Shown here one piece after another: positions 1 through 11,730 of a stretch of 64,000 nucleotides of DNA. The DNA comes from Naegleria gruberi (Eukaryota), in assembly GCA_000004985.1 (NCBI GenBank), contig GG738890.1; one strand, given 5' to 3'. Positions within the stretch are counted from its first letter, which is position 1, and each line of letters begins with the position of its first letter. The notes under the pieces were generated by a model, which had not been told where the DNA came from, did not search any database, and worked only from the letters and a program-made list of their open reading frames with translations. The position numbers and the translations under genes are program-made.

Positions 1-2
1 GA

Positions 3-1993
3 ATGTTCAGTAACTCACCCAACTTCAATCACCACCCACATCCTCCTGAAAATGAGGTTGGTGACCACCAACAAGAAATTCCGAACAATGACTTTGATGA
101 TATTGATATAGAGGCTAAAAAAGAGCCAATTAAAGTTTGTATAAGGATACGACCCCTAAATGCAAAAGAAAAAAAGAGAGGAGATGAACTTGTTGTTGAT
201 TTTGATGATTTTTCAATTGGAGTAAGTAATTCATCACAATGATTGGAGGTTTGGAACTATGTTTAAAGTTTAATCCTAAAATTTATAAATCAAAAGGGAG
301 TGGTGTTCGAGAAAAAGCATTCACCTTTGATTGTTGTTTTGGACCAAACAGTACTCAGGATGATGTATTCTCGGAAAGTGGTTTGACAACCTTATTAAAA
401 TATGCAATTGATGGTTATTCATCAACAATTTTTGCATACGGTCAGGTAAGTAAAGGATTGACAACCAATCAACAATTATAATAGACTGGCTCTGGAAAAA
501 CATATACAATTATTGGAAATGAGGAAGATTCTCCTGGAATATTACAGAGAGCATCAATGTTTATTTTTGACTATATTGCTCATATTACAGCAAAGCAAGA
601 GGAAGCACAAATTAGTATTAAAACTAGAGCATCTTGTTTGGAAATATATCAGGAGACTGTAAATGATTTACTGAATACCAGCTCTAAAAATTTACCAGTA
701 CGATGGAGCAATAGAGATGGTTTTTTTGTTGAAAACTTGTGTGTTGTAGAAGTGGACAATTTGCAGGAATTAATGACAGTTCTTAATGAAGGAATTTCAA
801 ATAGAAAAGTAGCTTCACACGAATTGAATAAGGATTCTTCAAGAAGCCATTCAATTTTCACAATACAATTTGAAGTTACAACTTCAGATGTAAACGATGG
901 ATTTGAATCAAAAAAATATGGATCTATTAGATTTGTGGATTTGGCTGGTTCAGAAAAGTTGAAAGTGTCAAAATCAAAATCAGTCTATGAGACTTCGAGT
1001 ATCAACAAGTCTTTATTAACCCTCGGAAAAGTAATTAGTGCACTAAGTTCCCCAAAAAAAGAAACCCCTTACGTTCCTTTTAGAGATAGTAAACTCACGA
1101 AATTGTTGATGGATTCCCTAGGTGGGGAGGCAAAAACAATGATGATTGGTTGCATTACACCATCTTCTCACTATGCAGAAGAAACTCATAGAACATTGAC
1201 TTATGCTAGCCGAGTTAAAAAAATCAAAAACATTCCTGTCACAAAAATTGACCCAAAGGAGAAATACATAATGAAATTGAAAGAAGAAATTAAGAGTCTA
1301 AGAGATGAACTAGCAGTTTACAAGACCAAATCTGTTTCATCTACTCCTTCAACCAAAGTGAGAACAATAGTCTCTCGATCCGACTATAGAGCAGCAGTAA
1401 TAGAATTTCCAAGAGTTGAAAGAAGAAGGGTTTCAACAAAGCATCCAGAAGCAGATCAAGTTTTATTCGAACCAAAACTTCCATTTATTGAAAAGAAAAG
1501 AAAGGATGATAGAGCAGCTACGGGTTTTACTAAAATAATTGAAAGTAATGAATCTGGAAGAGATGAAGAAGAAGAGCATGAAAAAAGAAAGGAAATCAAT
1601 CAGTCGATTCAAAGTCTTAAAGGTCTTTTGGAAGAAGAAAGGCAAATCAATCTTGAAAAGATACCTCAATTAAAAGCCAAAATTCGTCTCTTGGCAGAAG
1701 ACAATAAGAGGTGGAAGAGAATTGTTAGGAGAAATATGGACTTTGACTCTGAGGAATACGATAAGATTAAATTGGAAAATAAGATTTTAAAAAAGTTTTT
1801 GGAAGAGAGTGGAATTCCAAACCCTTTACAAGATTTGAAAAATTATTTACCACCTTCATTGGAAGAAGATCATGAACTAGATAGTTTATCTGATAAGGAT
1901 GGAAAGGAAAGCAGAATTAGCGATATTTCTGATGTTTATTCAGATCCTTCTGAAATGAATTTGGTTTCCTGCAAGGATGAAGAAGACTATTAA
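3..1993 (+). CDS. kinesin-like motor protein (N-terminal motor domain, C-terminal coiled coil), 3 exons
   Basis: Kinesin motor motifs are present: IRIRPLN, FAYGQ|TGSGKTYT split by an intron, SSRSHS, VDLAGSE and HVPFRDSKLT-like PYVPFRDSKLTKLL. Exons are approximately join(3..221,269..445,485..1993). Introns 222..268 and 446..484 begin GTAAGT and end AG. Frames agree with track ORFs 3..242, 239..481 and 557..1993. Confidence 0.85.
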
Positions 1994-2685
1994 GCTGTTT
2001 TTTTAGTGTATCCACTTTTCACACATTTGGATTGATACTCTACAGTAGATTCTACTCCTTCATTTGAGTGGAAACACAAATGATTGGATACGAATGACAA
2101 ACTATCCAGTATTGGTATCACTTTTGGAACTAGAATCAAAGAGGTAACATAACTCCAAATTGTTCCTGTAATCAATCCTACAGATACACCCACGAGTACT
2201 TGAGGAATAGTATGATAATGCATTGCAATTCGTGAGTAGGCCACTAGACCTGCCACTGAAAAGAGTGAAATCCTTGCAATATTTCTCCAAAAACTAGTTC
2301 TTACTTTAAACCAGCATAAACAAGTGCATGCAAAGAAAAACATAAATTGACTATGAGATGATGGCATTCCAAAATGTTCCACTAACTCTGGTGTATCCAC
2401 AGAAACATTCCTAAATTTAGCAACATAGATATTGGCTGGTCTATCCTGTGCAAATGTATGTTTCAGAAAATCATTCATCAATTCATTGACAAGTAATCCG
2501 ATCATCAAGAACAATGACTGATATTCTCTATTCACAAAAACTACTACAACAATTGCTGCTACAATAAATATTGGTAACAAGGCACACAATGCATAAATTA
2601 AAGATAATAAATTTCCCTTCTCATACACAACAAAAGTGAAACTAAATGCCTTGATGATGGCTTCTGCTTCCGAAACTGACGACAT
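1990..2685 (-). CDS. dolichyldiphosphatase (DOLPP1/CWH8-like PAP2 family lipid phosphatase)
   Basis: The 231-aa multi-pass membrane protein carries the three PAP2 motifs KHTFAQDRP, GMPSSHSQFMFFF and SRIAMHYH. GMPSSHSQFM and SYSR..YH closely match DOLPP1. Its stop overlaps the kinesin stop region, so the two 3' ends converge. Confidence 0.8.
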   Translation of the reverse strand: MSSVSEAEAIIKAFSFTFVVYEKGNLLSLIYALCALLPIFIVAAIVVVVFVNREYQSLFLMIGLLVNELMNDFLKHTFAQDRPANIYVAKFRNVSVDTPELVEHFGMPSSHSQFMFFFACTCLCWFKVRTSFWRNIARISLFSVAGLVAYSRIAMHYHTIPQVLVGVSVGLITGTIWSYVTSLILVPKVIPILDSLSFVSNHLCFHSNEGVESTVEYQSKCVKSGYTKKTA

Positions 2686-2983
2686 TTTTTAATAATATTA
2701 AATTATAGATAATATCTATCTAATGTTCTCCTCTATCACAAGACATCATTCATCTGATTGTTTATTTCAATACAACTCATCATCCAATCGAAGTAGTTTT
2801 ATCTATAAATCAGCAACATCAAGTACGATAAGCATTCTGCTGTGCTTTTCAATCAACAAAAAATAAAGCCTCAATAGAAAGTGATACTACAACATCAAAC
2901 CTTTAATATTTCTGATCCGAATAATACAAGATTTTCAACCAAAGAAACAGATAATTAATAGATCATTATTGTAAATAATAATT

Positions 2984-4242
2984 ATGGATACAAAAGGAAC
3001 TCCATTAGTGATAGATAATGTAGGTTTTCAAAAAGAAAAATATAATAAGGAAAATTTAAATCAATTAATAGGGATCTGGTCTTATTAAAGCAGGATTAGC
3101 TGGTGATGAAATTCCAAATTATGTATTTAATAATTAGTAAGTTTATTTGAGGAAACAAACGGGGTATTTACAATGATAGTGTTGGATCGACGAAACATGT
3201 CCGAGTTATGCCAGTGGCTGGACCCAAATATGATTTTTGTGTTGGAAAAGTAGCAGAGGAGAAGAGAGGAATTTTAAAACTGAAATATCCAATGGAACAC
3301 GGAGTTGTTACTGATTGGAGTGCTATGGAACGAGTTTGGGATTATTTATATGCTTGTTTAATGGATAAAGATACAGGTCTAGGTGAAACATTTAAAAGAG
3401 AAGACAGTCCTGTTCTTTTAACAGAAGCACCTCTCAATCCTAGAAAGAATAGAGAAAAGGCAGCTGACATTTTCTTTGAATCTTATAATGTTCCTAAATT
3501 ATTTATTTCTCTTCAAGCAGTTTTATCATTGTATGCTTCGGGATCAATGACAGGTGTTGTATTGGATAGTGGTGATGGTGTGACTCATTGTGTTCCAATT
3601 TATGATGGTTTTGCTATTCCCAATGCAATCACCAGAATTGACGTTGCAGGAAGAGATATTACCAATTACTTGCAATTGTTGCTGAGGAAATCAGGATATA
3701 ATTTCCATACCTCTAGTGAAATTGAAGTTGTAAAAAGTATTAAGGAGAGTGATTTAATGTATGTAGCAGCAGTGTACGAAAAGGAAATGATCATGGATGA
3801 GGAGAAGGGAATGCTTGACCCTAAACCTTACAAGTTGCCTGATGGTTCAATAATTCAACTTGGATCTGAAAGATATATGGCTCCAGAAATATTATTCAAA
3901 CCATACTTGATTGGATTGGAATATATGGGTGTTCATGAATGCGTACTTCGTTCTATTCAAACATCTGATTTGGATATTAGAAAAGATTTGTACTCTAACA
4001 TATTCTTTGCTGGTGGATCAACACTGTTTGATGGATTTTGTTCAAGAATGCTTAGTGAATTGAAGAAATCAGCTCCAAAAGACGTTCCCTCTCTCAGAAT
4101 CTCAGCTCCTAACGAAAGGGCCTATACAACATGGCTTGGTGGTTCCATTTTAGCTTCACTTCCTTCCTTTAGCGATATGTGGATTACCAAAAATGATTAT
4201 GAAGAACATGGCTCTTCAATAGTTCACAAAAAAACATTTTAA
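2984..4242 (+). CDS. actin-related protein Arp1 (centractin, dynactin subunit)-like, 3 exons
   Basis: The N-terminus [12 protein letters not shown]|[21 protein letters not shown]|YVGSTKH is split by introns at about 3020..3071 and 3137..3179. The actin-fold motifs [15 protein letters not shown] and LGGSILASL are present. The C-terminus [30 protein letters not shown]...[21 protein letters not shown] matches centractin much better than conventional actin. Exons are about join(2984..3019,3072..3136,3180..4242). Confidence 0.8.
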
Positions 4243-4335
4243 AATTGTACAAATGTAAAAATACAATATTGTTTATTATTCAAATTTAATAATAACAATT
4301 AATTGAAATAATTTTCAATTTATCGTTACAGTAAT

Positions 4336-5105
4336 TTACAAAATTAAGCAACCCTTCTTCTTCTTTTCTGAAGGAGCCTTCTTTGTTTTGTTTGTGGCTT
4401 CAGCAGTCTTGCTACCCTTTTCCTTTCTAATTTCTCTGACCAATTCAAAGAAGGAGTTTTCAACATTAGTTCTAGTCTTGGCAGAACCTTCAAAGAAAGG
4501 AATGCCCCATTCATCAGCCTTATTCTTTCCTTCAGCAGTTGATACTTGTCTTTCGCTTTCCAAATCGCACTTGTTACCTATCATACACATTGGAACTCTA
4601 TCCTTATCCTTAACTCTCAAAATTTGATCTCTGAAAGTGTTCAATTCTTCTAAGGATCTCTTTTCTACAATGCTGAAAACGAGCAAAAATCCTTGCCCAG
4701 ATCTCATGTATTGGTCTCTGAGAGCAGCATATTCTATTATAATAATAATTAAAATTATTTGCTATTATTTTTGAAAATATTTACCTTCCTATGAAACGGG
4801 TTAGAATTTCAATTTTTAAAACACTTACTTGACCAGCAGTATCGAGAATATCCAAGAAACAAGTTTCAGTATCAACAGTAACTTGCTTACGATAGCTGTC
4901 TTCAATAGTTGGGTCGTATTCTTCAAGGAAATGGCCTTGAATTAATTGGATTGTAAGAGCAGATTTACCGACACCACCTGTTTTAATAATGTATTATAAT
5001 TCGTTATTTGTTATTTATAAATAATATATTGGTATTAAGGTTAATGTTTTTTCAATGTCTTAACTACGTACCACCACCAACAACAACAAGCTTGTATTCA
5101 GTCAT
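4336..5105 (-). CDS. Ras-family small GTPase (Dictyostelium RasG/RasD-like), 4 exons including a 4-nt microexon
   Basis: Spliced product [84 protein letters not shown]...[26 protein letters not shown]...[21 protein letters not shown]...KKKKGCLIL carries a CaaX box. Exons are about complement(join(4336..4733,4785..4788,4829..4977,5072..5105)). All introns have GT..AG ends. Total CDS is 585 nt and in frame with track ORF 4336..4707. Confidence 0.85.
4785..4788 (-). other. 4-nt microexon (GAAG) of the Ras gene
   Basis: The only way to obtain the conserved ...[17 protein letters not shown] junction in frame is CAA|GTAAGTG...CATAG|GAAG|GTAAAT...TAATAG|AATATGCT. Both flanking introns (about 40 and 51 nt) have canonical GT..AG ends. 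Confidence 0.6.
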
Positions 5106-5365
5106 TTTATTCTGTTATGTATTAATGTTATTTTTTTTATGTTTTCCAACAGCCTTAATTACTTCTGCTTTTAAGGGTGCCGGTTGTAAACGTTTGTAAG
5201 TCTCCAAAGACGCGGGCGTTTGTTGTGAAAGACAAGCACACAACGTTGCTCGTTAGTATGTCTTAGAAGTTCTGTGGAATTTCCTAGTAACATTGTGTGT
5301 TGTTCTCTCTGTAGCAGTAATAAAATTTGAGGCTATGAGTGTACCTCATGTTCGTTCATCTCCTC

Positions 5366-8300
5366 TTATATTTGTTCGGTGGTAAATGTATGCCTTTTTA
5401 GAATGGTGTTCAAGGCATGTGATTCGGTATCCAATTCTAATAAATCAAATGCTGCAATAATCTTTTTGATGGTATCTTGATAGCATTCCTCCCACTCACA
5501 TTCTGAGAATGCAGTAACAACTACTTCACCAGTTTCAATGAAATATTCTTGGACATTGACTCCACTTCTAAGAAATGCTTCAAGATTAATATTTTCTACA
5601 AAGATAGATAGTGTGCTTAATATTTGCTTCTTGAGTGTCTTGATATACTTGTACTCTGAGAATTGAGCAGGTGGATTGTCTGACGAAAGTTCGTTGATGG
5701 AATCAATCAAGCAACGCCATACTCTAAAATTGTTCATTGAACTACCGTAATCTTTTGTTAAAAGAGAAAGTGCTAGAACTGCTTGAATCCTCACTTTGAA
5801 GTTTTCATCTGAAGAAATCCTTTCACACAACATGTTTACAATTTCATCGATTGTTTGAATGGCTATGTTTGTGTTGCCAATCAAATTGCCCAAAGCATAG
5901 CAAGTATTCCACCTTGACTTAACAGAAGATCCGCTGGAAATAAGAGCGCTTGAGAGTGTTTGAAGTAACACTTGTTCTACAGTAGTTAGGTTTGTTGAAG
6001 TCTCTCCTTTTCCTTCCTTGGAAGTACGAACAAAATAAGATACCCCTTCTTGTTGTACGTGGTTGTTCAAAAGCTCTCGGTCAGCAAAGCTGGCAATATT
6101 ACCTAACGCTCTTACAGCATTACAAAGAACCTTATCATTGTCGTGACATGAGCTTAAACTAGAAATTAGAACAGGAATGACAAGCTCTAAATTGCTTCTC
6201 AAATCAGAGGATCTCAATGCATCACATAGGTTTGCAAAGGACCACGAAGCTCTAATTCTTACATTAAGAGATGAATCGCTTAACATATCCTGGAAATATT
6301 TGAGAGACTTGCTCATGAATTGTAAATTGTTTTGAAGTTTTCCAAACAATACAAACACTCCAACGGTACGACATGCAGATGATTTAACATTTGCATTTTC
6401 GTCATTCATACTTGAAAATACTAAGGAAATAATTTTTTCTGACAATTGTTCTCCGAAAGAGTCAAAGGTAGATGGAACAATATTAGAAAATATTGAAACA
6501 GCAGCAGACCTGATGGACTGATTAGAATCTTGAAGTGCATGAGCAAGAACCATATCAGTTATGCTCTCCCATACACTTTCATCAATTTTGAGTGTGTTAA
6601 ATCCTTCTACTGGTTTCTTGAAAGAAACAGCAGGTATCTTTGATTCACTGAACGGTGAGGTAAAATTGTTGACAATTTGAATAACTGTAAGACGAAGAGC
6701 TGTTGAAAGAAATTGTAAATAAAAATAAATCTTTCAACTTACTTTGGTCATTGTGATTCAAACCAATCCTAATCTTTCTCAAAATAATCCTCCAATTATC
6801 CCACAGTAGATCTGGATAGTTTTTGGCAATATTGGCCAAAACTTGTGCAGCTTCTGTTCTTATGACATAGACATACTCTTCGGATAAATATTCTATCAAG
6901 AGTGGAATAATACTCAACTTGGAGTTCCTTAGAATTGCACCAACCTCACTTAGAGGTTCCTTGGTTCCAAATAATGTAGCCAAACATAAAAATGATTGAT
7001 TTTGAACTGTCTTGTCTACTTGTGAAGAATTGATAAGACCAACCAGAATTTCTGAAATGTTTGTAAGGATAATATCACAATTCATCTTATTGTAAGGAGT
7101 ATTTTCGATTAGTAAAGAAAGTGTCTATAATTTTTGCAATGAGAATTGATATGAATGTAATGTCATACTTACTCTGATAGAAACTGGAAGAATAGGAAGA
7201 GACTCTTTTTTGATTGATAATATTAATGTGTAGTGTAATTCTTTGATTATCGATGCAAGAGTTTGAGAAAATGATGTAAATGCAGACTTTGTCTTCATTT
7301 CACTTGCTTGAGCAAGGTAAAGTTCACTATTCTCCAGCATTGAAGCTAACGCTTGAGCTGCTGCTAATCTAACCTTTGAGGATGGATCAAAGAGTAAAAC
7401 TGTAGATAAAGTCTGCTTAGATTTTGGATTTTGATTTGTACTATCATTGTCTGAGAATAAAATCTTCCACTGAGCGAATAACGACTTGAAATCCTTCTTA
7501 GCCAATGTGTTGATAAGTTGGAGTGCTGCTATTCTAATCTTTACAGCATCTCTATTTATATGTGGAGAATCTGAATCTGAATAATCTGAATCTGATGCAA
7601 ATCCTGAGTCTATTGATACTAAATTCAATAACATGATCAAAATAAAAACATACCCTTCTTTGGATTTGTAGAAGATTGAGCAGGGAAAAATATTGTTCCA
7701 AAAAGCATTAGTTTCGAAATGTGAGAAACTATCTTTTCAATATCTGGCAAATGAATCTTGTCACCAGTTTGAATAACACCAGAAAGCAATTTAAGAGAAG
7801 AGTAAAGGACTTTTTGGGCATTTTCTACTGCTATTCCTTTTGTAAGCATTTCCAAATTTTGCAATGTAGAAGAGTAAATTGTCTTGCAATATGGTGATAA
7901 CACTTCTGGGTTTGGTTTTGAGAATAAATTCACAAGGCAATTGATAGATTGTTTCCTTACTTCCAAGTCCGATACAGAAACCTTCATTTGTGGTATTACA
8001 ACTGTTAAAATCGACTTGTAGGTTTCAGAAGAGCATTTGGAGGCCATATCATAAAGAATAAAACTCAATGTCCTCAAACAATCAGCTAATAACCATGTAG
8101 ATGATGATGAAATAAATTGTGTAAACACAGATATTAAATCCTCTCCCCTCTTTTCTGAAAATTGAAACTATCCAAAGGTCAACCATTATAATATGATTAA
8201 TTCAACATACTTCTTGTTTGATTGTCAATGTAGAAATCAATTGGCATAATTTCGAAATTAGCAAATCTTGTGATTCAGCCGATTGTAAATATTGAGCAAT

Positions 8301-8614
8301 TCTCACAACGACATCCAAACAAAACTAATTATTGATTTTTCTAATTTTCAATTAAAACTAAAACATACTTCAGTGTCAATTCCTCTAACAGGATAAGAAA
8401 TTGAGTTTAAAGACTCCAAAATATCCTCAACAGATTTTGTTGTATTAACATTTGTTGTATCAAGTGATTGCAATAATTCTTTTGCTTCCGACCACTGTTT
8501 TGGAATAATTGTTTTATCCGATTGTATTGATGATGAAAATTTAGCACTATTATAACTTCTTCTAGTTGATGAAGAAGAATTTGGCTTATTATTCTTCTTT
8601 GGTGAATGTAGCAT
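5366..8614 (-). CDS. large HEAT/ARM-repeat protein, multi-exon (tentatively HEATR6-like)
   Basis: Collinear minus-strand ORFs 5366..6553, 6645..7085, 7125..7640, 7637..8128 and 8348..8614 are separated by short gaps consistent with introns. They contain repetitive amphipathic helical repeats (..VRIRASWSFANLCDAL.., ..SRWNTCYALGNLIGN.., ..NFKVRIQAVLALSLL..) reminiscent of HEATR6. Exact splice sites were not resolved. Confidence 0.55.
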
Positions 8615-8870
8615 ATTGTTTTGTAGGAATAGAACACACCAACAGAAGACAAAGATAATAAATTATTTTACTGGTAATGATGTACTAGTATTTTTTCGCG
8701 CCTTCTGTTGTAAGACAAAGCCACTGTTAGCCATTAAAGAGCATCTAAAAAAAGACCAAGGCAAACTCGCAAAAAAAATATCTGGTCATCGGTTGTTTTT
8801 CTTCTCTTCTCTTTTAAACTTGGACGCGGATAGTTTTTTTTCATCATCACAATAATCAATTGATACAAAG

Positions 8871-9958
8871 ATGACCTCACCCTCTGATTTGGATAGACAA
8901 ATTGAAAAATTAAAACGTTGCGAGCTTATAAAAGAATCTGAAGTCAAGGCTCTCTGTCAAAAGGCTAAAGAAATTCTTATTGAAGAAGCTAACGTACAAC
9001 GTGTTTTTGCCCCAGTTACCGTAAGTATTATAGTCATCATGATTATTAAAAGTCATCATAGGTATGCGGTGATATTCATGGTCAATTCTATGATCTGAAA
9101 GAACTTTTTAAAGTAGGAGGTGATATTCCTGATACAAATTATTTATTTATGGGTGATTTTGTAGATAGAGGATTTTATAGTGTAGAGACCTTCTTGCTTT
9201 TGCTTGCATTGAAGGTAAGATATCCTGACCGTATAACACTCATCAGAGGTTTGTATTATTCTTGTAAATTGAAAAATTCCTAACCAACAATATTATTTTA
9301 GGTAATCACGAAAGTAGACAAATTACACAAGTTTATGGTTTCTATGATGAATGTCTTAGAAAATATGGTAGTGTTAACGTTTGGAGATATTGTACTGAAA
9401 TATTTGACTACTTGAGTTTGTCAGCTTTAATTGAAGATAAAGTATTCTGTGTCCATGGAGGTCTTTCGCCTTCTGTTACTTCATTAGATCAAATTCGTAA
9501 AATTGATAGAAAACAAGAAGTCCCACATGATGGTCCAATGTGCGACTTGCTTTGGTCTGATCCAGATGGTACGTTTTATTGATATTATTTCAAAATTTCT
9601 TAATCATTTATTGTTGTTGTGATTTTAATACTATTTAGATATTGATGGGTGGGGATTGAGTCCAAGAGGTGCTGGTTATTTATTCGGTGGAGACGTCGTT
9701 ACTCAATTTAACCAAACTAACGGTATTGAACTCATTTGTCGTGCTCACCAATTGGTCATGGAAGGATACAAACACATGTTTAATGAAAGCTTAGTTACTG
9801 TTTGGTCAGCTCCAAACTATTGCTATAGATGCGGTAACGTTGCTGCCATTCTTGAATTGGATGAAAACCTGAAGAGGAATTTCAAAGTTTTCGAATCTGC
9901 TCCTCAAGAATCTAGAGGTATCCCAGGAAAGAAGCCAGCTCCTGATTACTTTTTGTAA
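8871..9958 (+). CDS. ppp4c: serine/threonine protein phosphatase 4 catalytic subunit (PP4c), 4 exons
   Basis: Exons are about join(8871..9020,9062..9248,9302..9568,9639..9958). Total is 924 nt, giving 307 aa, the canonical PP4c length. Motifs are [98 protein letters not shown] and the C-terminal PDYFL. The sequence matches PP4 better than PP2A. Introns begin GTAAGT/GTTTGT/GTACGT and end AG. Confidence 0.9.
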
Positions 9959-10204
9959 ACAATATAACCTAGTATTAATATATAATTTTATGATGTATTT
10001 TAAAATTTGAATGTTTAACATTAAATAATATCTTTTCATTTAATACATTCTGTAACGAATCTTATGCCTTAAACGAACGGCTTAAGGAGGAGTAAACTAA
10101 ATGTTAAAAGCTGTAAGTGATTTGGCGCCTTCAAAAACCGTTAAATAATTGTTAACTTTGCATTTAAAACATAAAAAAAATACCCAAACGACCTTCTCCA
10201 AATC

Positions 10205-11530
10205 ATGATGTACCAAAGATCCCACTCTTTGGTGCTTGATGAAAATACCAATCCTATCACCATTGCCGACAAGGACCCTATCAAACCAATTTCCATCCAT
10301 CCAACTAAAGCCCCTATTAAAAAATCCATTAAAGATGACAATTCATCAGTTAGGACTGCTCTTTCTACCATCATGGCTCGTGTTAAGAATTTGAGAAAAC
10401 GACCTGGTGATGAGAAGAGAGTTGAACTCAAGAGACAAACTAGTGACTATATTACCACTTCCACTCATTATAATACTGTAAATAATCAAGAGAATAGAGA
10501 TCCACAACAACAAGAACAATCACTCAATACATCCACCACCTCCTCAACAGCAATAATTGAACAGGAACAACAACCACCATCCATTTCCAAATCATTGTCC
10601 ACATCATCCCTTCCAACAAGTACTTTATCTACTACTAGTAGTGTGAGTGAGGAATCCAAACCTACCACACCTCAAAAGAAGACTACAGACGAATTGACTT
10701 CTCCTGGTATTGATAAAGCAGATTCTGAAGATCCTCAGTCTTGTATCGAATATGTTAAAGATATTCATTCACATTATAAGAAGATTGAAAACAAATATAG
10801 AGCAGATCCAGCTTACTTGTCGAGACAACCTTTCATGAGACACAAGCATAGATTCACCATTGTGAATTGGATGATTGAAGTTCATCAAAAGTTTAGACTC
10901 AGTACTCCAACAATGTATTTGGCTGTAGATCTTTTAGATCGTTTCCTTTCGAAGAATGACATTAATTTGAATCATCTTCAATTATTGGGAGCTACCTGTA
11001 TATTTGTTGCTTCAAAGTATGAAGATCTTCAATATCCACTTTCTTCAGAATTGGTTAAGATTTCAATGAATTTATTTACTAAGGAAGATGTTCTGAAAAT
11101 GGAAAGACTCTTGCTGAGAGATTTGGATTTCAATATCACAGTTGCTACAGTATATCCATTCCTTAAGAGATATCTCAAATGTGCTAGATGTGACTTTAAT
11201 CAATTAGCTCTTGCCTATTACTTATCAGAATTGTCATTGTTAGAAGAGGCCTCTCTTTACTATCCTCCATCTCAAATTGCTAGTGCATGCATTTACGTTG
11301 CAGGAAGACTTTGTAATAAGAAGGATAGTTGGGATAGTGTTTTACAATACTATACTGGTTATTCTGAACAAGATATTGAGGCATGTGCTAGTGTAATTGT
11401 TAAAATTGCCAAAAAGTACAATACTAATGAGATTAAGACTTGTACAAGATCAAAATACTCTCAAGAAGAAAAGGCCAAGGTTGCTTGGATAGTAATGTCA
11501 TACTTTAACAATAGATCCAAAAAGGATTAG
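10205..11530 (+). CDS. B-type mitotic cyclin
   Basis: A single 441-aa ORF has a destruction box RTALSTIMA near the N-terminus and a cyclin box MRHKHRFTIVNWMIEVHQKFRLSTPTMYLAVDLLDRFLS...LQLLGATCIFVASKYEDLQYP followed by a second cyclin fold. The ATG at 10205 was verified in the sequence. Confidence 0.8.
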   Translation: MMYQRSHSLVLDENTNPITIADKDPIKPISIHPTKAPIKKSIKDDNSSVRTALSTIMARVKNLRKRPGDEKRVELKRQTSDYITTSTHYNTVNNQENRDPQQQEQSLNTSTTSSTAIIEQEQQPPSISKSLSTSSLPTSTLSTTSSVSEESKPTTPQKKTTDELTSPGIDKADSEDPQSCIEYVKDIHSHYKKIENKYRADPAYLSRQPFMRHKHRFTIVNWMIEVHQKFRLSTPTMYLAVDLLDRFLSKNDINLNHLQLLGATCIFVASKYEDLQYPLSSELVKISMNLFTKEDVLKMERLLLRDLDFNITVATVYPFLKRYLKCARCDFNQLALAYYLSELSLLEEASLYYPPSQIASACIYVAGRLCNKKDSWDSVLQYYTGYSEQDIEACASVIVKIAKKYNTNEIKTCTRSKYSQEEKAKVAWIVMSYFNNRSKKD

Positions 11531-11730
11531 TCAAACATTCTAACTAGATCGTCACTAAAGGAATACTTTGTGACATAAATCGTAAATAAACAAATTACCT
11601 TGATAAACTTTGCATTGATTGAAATTAGTATTTTCTGAATTTAATGTTCTTAATATCTTCATCAACATGAAAGCTTTTCAACACTGTTCAACCAGGATGA
11701 GAGTAATGTTTCATGATAAAACAGAGAAGT

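Noticed and set aside
649-2290. Short ORFs overlapping the kinesin gene (649..861, 1463..1669) and overlapping the dolichyldiphosphatase gene in a different frame (2102..2290)
   Set aside because: They lie inside well-supported conserved CDSs (kinesin motor/stalk, PAP2 phosphatase). They are typical overprinting artefacts in AT-rich coding sequence.
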